Shown here piece after piece: positions 57,557-64,000 of a stretch of 64,000 nucleotides of DNA. Below the pieces are notes generated by a model. It was not told the DNA's origin. It saw only the letters and a program-made list of their open reading frames with translations, and searched no databases. Source of the DNA: Candidatus Iainarchaeum sp. (GTDB lineage: Archaea; Iainarchaeota; Iainarchaeia; Iainarchaeales; GCA-2688035). Position 1 is the stretch's first letter; the number at the start of each line of letters is the position of its first letter. The stretch lies in the NCBI GenBank assembly GCA_017610175.1, contig JAFCCO010000005.1:284-64283 (forward strand), written 5' to 3'. The translations under genes were made by a program, and so were the position numbers.

Positions 57557-60511
57557 TTGGAAACAAGAATTGAAGTATTCTACCAGAAAAATGACGCAAG
57601 GGCTCAGATCAGGTTGGAGTCAATCCACTCCATGGGTTTTTCGGCTGTTTCTTCACTAAAACTTGCTGATGTTTACACTTTTTCTTCCCCCGGGCTTGAG
57701 GAATCTGATTTGCAGAAGTGCGGTGAACTTTTATCAAACCCTGTTCTGCAGAATTTCATTGCAGGAAAGCCTTTTGTGCCGTCTGAATTTGATTATGCAA
57801 TTGAAATCGGTTTTTTGCCCGGCGTAACCGACAATGTTGGAAATACTGCGGCTGAAACAATTCATGACTTTTTTGGGGAGAAGGCTAACGGAACAAGGGT
57901 CTTTAACTCACAGGTTCTGTTTTTGAAGGGAAACATTTCAGAAGAGGATGCGGAAACGATTGCAAACAATCTTGCAAATTCCCTAATTGAAAGAATTCAA
58001 ATTAAATCCCGCGCCGAATTTGAGAAAGACGGCGGAATGGGGGTTGTTGTCCCGCTTGTGAAGCTGGATGAAACACCTAAAGCCGGTGAAGTAAGCCTTG
58101 ACCTCTCCGACGAAAAGCTTGTGGAGCTTGGAAAAAGGGGGATTGAAAATGAGGACGGAACAAGGCGCGGTCCACTGGCACTTGACCTTGATTCCCTGAA
58201 TGTCATTAAGAATTATTTTGGCGAACTGGAAAGGAGTCCAACCGATATAGAGCTTGAGTCGCTTGCGCAGACCTGGAGTGAGCACTGCAAGCACACCATT
58301 TTTGCTGCAGAGCTTGATGAAATCAAGGACGGCTTGTACAAGGGCAGAATTAAGGCCGCAACAAACCAGATCCGCAAGGAAATGGGTGAAAACGACCTTT
58401 GTGCATCGGTTTTTTCAGACAATTCAGGGGCGGTTTTTTTCAATGATGAATTTCTTGTGAGTGACAAGGTTGAAACACACAACAGCCCGTCCGCTTTGGA
58501 CCCGTTTGGCGGGGCCATAACCGGAATTGTGGGTGTAAACCGTGACGCAATGGGTTTTGGAATGGCCGCAAAGCCTGCGGTGAACAGGTACGGCTTTTGT
58601 TTTGCAGACCCCAAGGACAAGAAGCTTTTGTACCGTGCAAAAAACGCACAGAATCCAATTCTTTCTCCTGAGCGAATGATGCTTGGGGTAATTGACGGCG
58701 TAAATGTTGGCGGGAACTGTTCGGGAATTCCAACACCCCAGGGCTTTATGTACTTTGATGAGCGGTACAAGGGAAAGCCGCTTGTGTTTGTTGGAACAGT
58801 TGGATTGATTCCGCGAAAGGTAAACGGGAAAAATTCCGTTGAAAAGGCGGCGAAACCGGGTGATGCGGTAATAATGGTCGGAAACCGTGTCGGGAAAGAT
58901 GGGGTTCACGGCGCAACGTTTTCCTCTGAAGCACTGTCTGAAGGAAGTCCTGCAACGGCGGTTCAGATTGGCGACCCGATTACCCAGAAAAAGATGTCCG
59001 ATGCGATTGTTAAAGAGGCAAGGGACCTTGGGTTGTACAACAGCATTACCGACAACGGGGCCGGCGGTTTAAGCTGCTCTGTTGCTGAAATGGCAAAGGA
59101 GTGCGACGGATGCATTGTTGACCTTGAAAAGGTTCCGTTGAAGTATCCCGGAATGCAGCCGTGGGAAATTTGGGTTTCGGAAAGCCAGGAGAGAATGACT
59201 CTTTCTGTTCCGCAGGAAAAGGTAAAGCAATTCATTGACTTGATGGATTCGCGCGGTGTTGAGGCAACGGTAATAGGTGAATTCACCGATTCGGGAAAGT
59301 GTGTGGTTAGGTTCAATGGCAAAACAATTGTGGAGCTTGACCAGGATTTCCTGCATGACGGCCTGCCCAAAAAGATTCTTCGCACAAAAGAGTTTGCCCG
59401 CGAGCTTAAAGATGCCTCGGTTGAAATGCCAAGTGACTACAATGCAGAGCTTGAGGCAATGCTTTTAAGGCTCAACATCTGCAGCAAGGAATTTGTTTCC
59501 TCGCAGTATGATTACGAGGTGCAGGCGTCCTCAGTGCTAAAGCCACTGCAGGGAAAGGGGAATGTAAATGCAGATGCAAGCGTTGTAAGGCCTGTTCTTG
59601 ATTCAGGGAAAGGGGTTTCGCTTTCGCAGGCACTCTACCCCAAATATGGTGATATTTCAATTTATGACATGGCCGCCAGTGCAATAGATTCCGCAATAAA
59701 GAACCTTGTTGCGGTTGGAACGAAAATTGAAAAGATTGCATTGCTTGACAACTTCTGCTGGTGCTCAAGTGACGAGCCCGAAAGGCTTGGCCAGCTCAAG
59801 CAGGCGGTTCAGGCCTGCTTTGATTACGCGGTAACCTATAAGGTTCCTTTTGTTTCGGGAAAGGACAGCATGTTCAACGATTTTAAGGGGTTTGATGAAA
59901 ACAGCAATCCTGTAAAGGTATCTGTTCCGCCAACACTTCTCATTTCCTCATTTGGGATCATGGAAAATATTGAGAACGCGGTTTCAATGGACGCAAAAAT
60001 TGCGGGCGATTTAATTTACGTTTTGGGGATAACCAAGAACGAGCTTGGTGCTTCGGAATACTTTGCTTCAAAGGGCGAGATTGGAAAGAACGTTCCAAAG
60101 GTTGATGCAAAAAAGGCAATTGCGCTTTACAATGCATTGCTTGAAGCGATTGAGCAGGGGATTGTTGCGTCAGCCCAGCCTGTCGGCTTGGGCGGATTCG
60201 GAGTTGCCCTTGCAAAGAAGTGCATTGCAGGAGGGCTTGGTGCAAAGGTTGAATTGGGTAAGGTTCCATCTGAGGGGATTGACAGGAATGATTTCCTGCT
60301 TTTCTCCGAATCGCAGAGCAGAATAATTGTAACAGTTGCGCCAGAGAATGCGGAGCAGTTTGAGAAATTGCTTGAGGGAAACGACTTTGCAAGAGTTGGG
60401 GAAATTACTGGGGGCAACCTTGAATTAATCGGATTGAACGGCGAAAAGATTGTTGATTCAAAAATTGAGGCTCTTAACGAGGCTTACAGAAAAACTTTGA
60501 GGGGATACTGA
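57557..60511 (+). CDS. purL: Phosphoribosylformylglycinamidine synthase subunit PurL with N-terminal PurS-like extension
   Basis: QTWSEHCKH, ETHNSPS, VQIGDP, DNGAGG, SESQERM and SGKDSM motifs. Confidence 0.95.
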   Translation: METRIEVFYQKNDARAQIRLESIHSMGFSAVSSLKLADVYTFSSPGLEESDLQKCGELLSNPVLQNFIAGKPFVPSEFDYAIEIGFLPGVTDNVGNTAAETIHDFFGEKANGTRVFNSQVLFLKGNISEEDAETIANNLANSLIERIQIKSRAEFEKDGGMGVVVPLVKLDETPKAGEVSLDLSDEKLVELGKRGIENEDGTRRGPLALDLDSLNVIKNYFGELERSPTDIELESLAQTWSEHCKHTIFAAELDEIKDGLYKGRIKAATNQIRKEMGENDLCASVFSDNSGAVFFNDEFLVSDKVETHNSPSALDPFGGAITGIVGVNRDAMGFGMAAKPAVNRYGFCFADPKDKKLLYRAKNAQNPILSPERMMLGVIDGVNVGGNCSGIPTPQGFMYFDERYKGKPLVFVGTVGLIPRKVNGKNSVEKAAKPGDAVIMVGNRVGKDGVHGATFSSEALSEGSPATAVQIGDPITQKKMSDAIVKEARDLGLYNSITDNGAGGLSCSVAEMAKECDGCIVDLEKVPLKYPGMQPWEIWVSESQERMTLSVPQEKVKQFIDLMDSRGVEATVIGEFTDSGKCVVRFNGKTIVELDQDFLHDGLPKKILRTKEFARELKDASVEMPSDYNAELEAMLLRLNICSKEFVSSQYDYEVQASSVLKPLQGKGNVNADASVVRPVLDSGKGVSLSQALYPKYGDISIYDMAASAIDSAIKNLVAVGTKIEKIALLDNFCWCSSDEPERLGQLKQAVQACFDYAVTYKVPFVSGKDSMFNDFKGFDENSNPVKVSVPPTLLISSFGIMENIENAVSMDAKIAGDLIYVLGITKNELGASEYFASKGEIGKNVPKVDAKKAIALYNALLEAIEQGIVASAQPVGLGGFGVALAKKCIAGGLGAKVELGKVPSEGIDRNDFLLFSESQSRIIVTVAPENAEQFEKLLEGNDFARVGEITGGNLELIGLNGEKIVDSKIEALNEAYRKTLRGY

Positions 60512-61320
60512 TGGTTAAGGCACTTGTTTTAACGGGATACGGGGTCAATTGCGATGACGAGACGGCTTTTGCGTTCAGGAAATCAGGGGCGGAGGCAAGC
60601 ATTGTTCACGTAAACGATTTGATTGCAAAACCATCCATGCTCAAGGACTTTGGAATACTGGTTTTTCCGGGCGGGTTCTCTTACGGGGATGACTCGGGTT
60701 CCGGAAACGCTTTGGCAAACAAAATCAGGAACAAGCTCTGGGAACCGCTTATGGAGTTTGTTGATTCAAAAAAGCTTGTGATTGGAATTTGCAACGGATT
60801 TCAGGTAATATCAAACCTCGGGCTCTTGCCTGGGTTTGAGGGAAAGTACGGTGAGAGAACTGTTGCGCTTGCGCACAACGATTCAGCCCGCTATGAATGC
60901 AGGTGGGTTTCGTTGAAGGGCTTTTCAAAGAAATGCGTTTTTACCAGGGGAATTGATGAAATCAGGCTGCCTGTTGCGCACGGAGAGGGAAAGTTTACGG
61001 CAAGCGACGAGGTTTTTGCAAAGCTTGTTGAAAATGACCAGATTGTTTTCAGGTATGCGGAGGGAAATGATGTTGCAAAAGGCGAGTTCCCTTTCAACCC
61101 AAACGGTTCAATGGATGATGTTGCGGGAATCTGTGATTTAAGCGGAAGGATTCTTGGGCTGATGCCGCATCCTGAGCGAAACATTTTCTTTACACAGCAG
61201 GCTGATTGGCCACTGCAGAAGGAAATTCTTAAGCGAAGCAAAAAGCCCTTGCCTAAAGAGAGTGCCGGTTTGAAAATTTTCAGGAATGCCGTGGACTTCG
61301 CCAAAGAGAACGGGCTTTAA
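60511..61320 (+). CDS. purQ: Phosphoribosylformylglycinamidine synthase glutaminase subunit
   Basis: GVNCD.E, PGGFSYGD, GICNGFQ, AHGEG and MPHPER motifs. Confidence 0.96.
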   Translation: MVKALVLTGYGVNCDDETAFAFRKSGAEASIVHVNDLIAKPSMLKDFGILVFPGGFSYGDDSGSGNALANKIRNKLWEPLMEFVDSKKLVIGICNGFQVISNLGLLPGFEGKYGERTVALAHNDSARYECRWVSLKGFSKKCVFTRGIDEIRLPVAHGEGKFTASDEVFAKLVENDQIVFRYAEGNDVAKGEFPFNPNGSMDDVAGICDLSGRILGLMPHPERNIFFTQQADWPLQKEILKRSKKPLPKESAGLKIFRNAVDFAKENGL

Positions 61321-61607
61321 TTTTGCCCGCGTTCTGCTTTTCGGATGGCAAGCATTAATTTTTTTGTTCCAAAGATAAGCTGCCTTGCCTGCTCTCCTGT
61401 TATTGTGTGGCTAAGCTGCGTTCCAACTCTGAATCTTTCCGCAATCTGCACTGCTTTGGGGTGATTTTTTGCAAGCAGTGGATTTTTGCCAACTGCGGAA
61501 GCAATTTTTTCAGCCTTTGAAACCGCGTCGCTAATCAGCAGCTTGGTTTCCTGTTGTTTGCTTCTGGTTGGAAGAATGCCCCTGAGTCTTCGTTGCCGGC
61601 GAGCCAT
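61317..61607 (-). CDS. Small basic hypothetical protein
   Basis: MARRQRRLRG N-terminus; stop overlaps the purQ stop. Confidence 0.55.
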   Translation of the reverse strand: MARRQRRLRGILPTRSKQQETKLLISDAVSKAEKIASAVGKNPLLAKNHPKAVQIAERFRVGTQLSHTITGEQARQLIFGTKKLMLAIRKAERGQN

Positions 61608-61632
61608 CCATTAAACTGGGTTCAGAAAAATA

Positions 61633-61676
61633 GAAAAAGGGCAGGGTCACAAGATTTCAACCCTGCTGCCTTTTTC
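61633..61676. terminator. Strong hairpin flanked by U tracts on both strands
   Basis: GAAAAAGG-GCAGGGT/ACCCTGC-(TG)-CCTTTTTC. Confidence 0.6.
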
Positions 61677-61861
61677 CTGTTGTTTGGGTTTTGCGAGGTT
61701 ACTTATACAATCGATTAAAACTTATTGAAACTGTTTAAACTATTTAGACAGTTAGTGCTTATAAAGCTTTCTTCACCCCCCTTTCGGCTGTCCTGCCTTC
61801 CTCTTTAAAGAAAACATTTAATTGCAGAAAGCCCTTTGTTTATTGGGTTTTTTGCTTGAAA

Positions 61862-64000
61862 ATGAAAGGATTTGCCATCTCGGTTGACTCACTTCTTGCC
61901 ATGCTTCTTATACTTGCTTTTTTGGGTGTAATTGGCCTCGGGATTCAGGAACAGGGCCCTGGTTTTTTGCCTCAAACAAGCCTTAAGCAGATTGCGGACG
62001 ATACTTTTATTGCATTGGACAATTCCGGGCTAATTGCCGAAAGGCTTGCGGATGCGGAGCTTCGCCTTGACCTAATTTACAATCCAACCGAACCAACGGC
62101 GCTTGGAATTTATGACCACGCCAAAGCACTGCTTCCCGATGAAACAGAACTCAAAGTTGTTGTAAGGGAATTCAGGCCAAAGGCAGACCTTGGCGGGCCG
62201 CAGGGCTGCAGGGCAAAGTATGGTAATTATTTGCAGGGAAGCGGGACCCTTGAAAATGTTTTTGGCGAATGCTTCGGGACCGAATATGCGTCAATTGAAT
62301 ATCCCGCAACAGCCGTTCCATCCGATCGTGAGATTGTCCATGGGAAAAGGATTGCAATGCTGCGCCAGCCAAAAGGGGATGAAGGGGGGAACGAATGCAT
62401 TCTCCCGGCTGAGGCAAGGTTAAAGGAAGCAAATTCGGATTCAGTAACTGCTTTGCTGCAGGGCCTTGAGGCGGACATTGAAACCTCTGTTGAGGTTGAT
62501 CCGTCGGACAGCATTGACTGCGACCAAAGCGCACAAGTAACTTTGAAAGCAAGGAATGCTTCGCGTGACCCCATTGTGATTGTGCTTGCGGTTGACGAAA
62601 GCGGGAGCATGGAAACATATGACATAAGCCAGGGGGAAATTGCTTCAAACCCTCCGCAGTTGGGTGGCGGAACATGCGGCGGCCTCCAATGTGAAAGTGG
62701 AACATGCAGTAATTTTACAAACTGGCAGCTTATTGGAACGTTTGATGTTAACCAGGAAATGATTGATACACTTCCCCCCGGCGGGGACTTTCGGTTTTAC
62801 GCAAGCAGCCATATAACTAGTGGGTGCGGGAGCGTTCCGAGAATAAAGATTGAGACTCCTGCTGGGGACATTAATTATCCAAGCAATGAGGGCACTGGTG
62901 GAAGTTTTGGGCTGGATAAATCAACTTTTGCTTCAAGACTGGGGACTTGGAAAATATATGCCTGGAGCGATTCCCCTGTGACATTTTATACCTGGCTGAG
63001 AATGGATTTTGGCTCATACCAAACTATCCAAAGCGGAACACTTTCAGGAATTGGAACTGCAAACGGCAGCGGTTCGGAGTGCTCAAACTATGGGGGCTAT
63101 GAAAATATTGGCGAGTTTGTAATGGATGACAATTGGACCTACTCTGTTTATGGGCGGTTCAATTATGCGGGTTACACCGGAAAGTGCGATTACCAAAGCG
63201 TGATTGTAAAGGATCCAAGCGGGGACTGGTTTAATCCGCAATTTATCAGCTGTCCCAAACCAAATGATTCATGGTGTGTTAGTTCCCGCGGTTCACAGGA
63301 AGAGGGCACTTACGAAATCTGGGCCTGGAGCGATGAGGCAATTGCATTCAATGCACAATATTATTTCTATAAGAGAATCAGTCCGTTAATTCCAAGCCAA
63401 ACAGTTTCTGGGGGGACCTGTGGCGGAGCAAGCTGTGCCGGCGGATTTGTTGCGTGCGGGGACTATGGTAATTTTCAGGAACTTGGCTCGTTTACAATTC
63501 CTGCGGAGGACCATTTGAGGGGGGTGCATTTGCAGCTGGACAACTCAAGCTATGGCAAATGCAATGGCTCAAGAATGACCCTTTACCAGGGCGCAAACGA
63601 TTTCAATGCATATTATTACACTGGTTGCAGGAACTATCGGTGCGAAATATGCCTGAACGATACAGGGGATTCCTGCATAAACCCGTATGACGGGGTCTAC
63701 TCTGAAAACGTTCCTGTAAGCACCGGGTTGTGGAATGTGCGTGCTTGGAGCACAAAGGACGTTGATTTTAGCCTGAGCTGGGACATTCAGAGAATTGACG
63801 CCGCAAAGAAGGCTGCAAAGACATTCATCGACAACGCGCAGTGGAAGGAAGGGGACGACATGGGTATTGTTGGGTTCTCAAGGAACGCAAACCTTGTGCA
63901 AAGCCTTACAGATGTTGTGTTATATGGGGGGGATGTAAAGAATGCGTTGAATACACTTACTCCAAGCGGTGAAACAGGGGTTGCCGATGCGATTAGTGCC
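61862..64000 (+). CDS. Class III signal-peptide (pilin-like) surface protein with split vWA domain; 3'-truncated by window (absent from ORF track)
   Basis: MKG|FAISVD plus hydrophobic helix; VLAVDESGSM MIDAS motif; RIDAAK.AAK.FI, GIVGFS and G.T...DAI motifs; frame open to the window end. Confidence 0.85.
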   Translation, partial: MKGFAISVDSLLAMLLILAFLGVIGLGIQEQGPGFLPQTSLKQIADDTFIALDNSGLIAERLADAELRLDLIYNPTEPTALGIYDHAKALLPDETELKVVVREFRPKADLGGPQGCRAKYGNYLQGSGTLENVFGECFGTEYASIEYPATAVPSDREIVHGKRIAMLRQPKGDEGGNECILPAEARLKEANSDSVTALLQGLEADIETSVEVDPSDSIDCDQSAQVTLKARNASRDPIVIVLAVDESGSMETYDISQGEIASNPPQLGGGTCGGLQCESGTCSNFTNWQLIGTFDVNQEMIDTLPPGGDFRFYASSHITSGCGSVPRIKIETPAGDINYPSNEGTGGSFGLDKSTFASRLGTWKIYAWSDSPVTFYTWLRMDFGSYQTIQSGTLSGIGTANGSGSECSNYGGYENIGEFVMDDNWTYSVYGRFNYAGYTGKCDYQSVIVKDPSGDWFNPQFISCPKPNDSWCVSSRGSQEEGTYEIWAWSDEAIAFNAQYYFYKRISPLIPSQTVSGGTCGGASCAGGFVACGDYGNFQELGSFTIPAEDHLRGVHLQLDNSSYGKCNGSRMTLYQGANDFNAYYYTGCRNYRCEICLNDTGDSCINPYDGVYSENVPVSTGLWNVRAWSTKDVDFSLSWDIQRIDAAKKAAKTFIDNAQWKEGDDMGIVGFSRNANLVQSLTDVVLYGGDVKNALNTLTPSGETGVADAISA

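Noticed and set aside
61606-61731. CRISPR array (ATCCATTAAA at about 61606 as a second degenerate repeat)
   Set aside because: Similarity too short, no regular repeat-spacer period, no cas genes.
1-64000. tRNA/rRNA genes, transposases, integrases, T-box or known riboswitches
   Set aside because: None recognised by eye; spacers are mostly too short. tRNAscan and Rfam were not run.

Overview
64-kb chromosomal segment of an archaeon. Evidence: BRE/TATA promoters, GGAGGTGA-type RBSs, a diphthine-ammonia ligase domain and a class III signal-peptide protein. The style suggests DPANN, probably Diapherotrites/Iainarchaeota (inference). It is dense in largely bacterial-type anabolic genes: nadCD, ilvE, a leuA-ilvBHCD-leuCDB operon, a tal-pheA-tkt-aroF-phosphatase-aroAKDEC operon plus aroB, argB(NAGS/K)-argD-argC, carAB and purMFDLQ. 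Short, very basic orphan ORFs are interspersed. Main find: two unannotated leader ORFs, below the ORF-track cutoff, sit between an archaeal promoter and the first gene of each large amino-acid operon. A 28-aa Leu/Val-run peptide (MKTAGSFGTKSTNYLLSLLVLLLVLLLG, 3533-3619) precedes leu/ilv. A 34-aa peptide ending YFAYWYFYFFE (15672-15776) precedes the aromatic operon. Each stop codon is followed by GCAC and by mutually exclusive RNA hairpins. This is the architecture of ribosome-mediated, amino-acid-sensing attenuation, here in an archaeal context. Other unannotated items: an 8-Cys 28-aa microprotein, a 19-aa cationic peptide, tandem operator-like repeats at the arg locus, a possible sRNA with a CRISPR-repeat-like segment, and a pilin-signal vWA protein with a triple-repeat insert. 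All calls come from reading the sequence by eye; no searches or folding computations were run.
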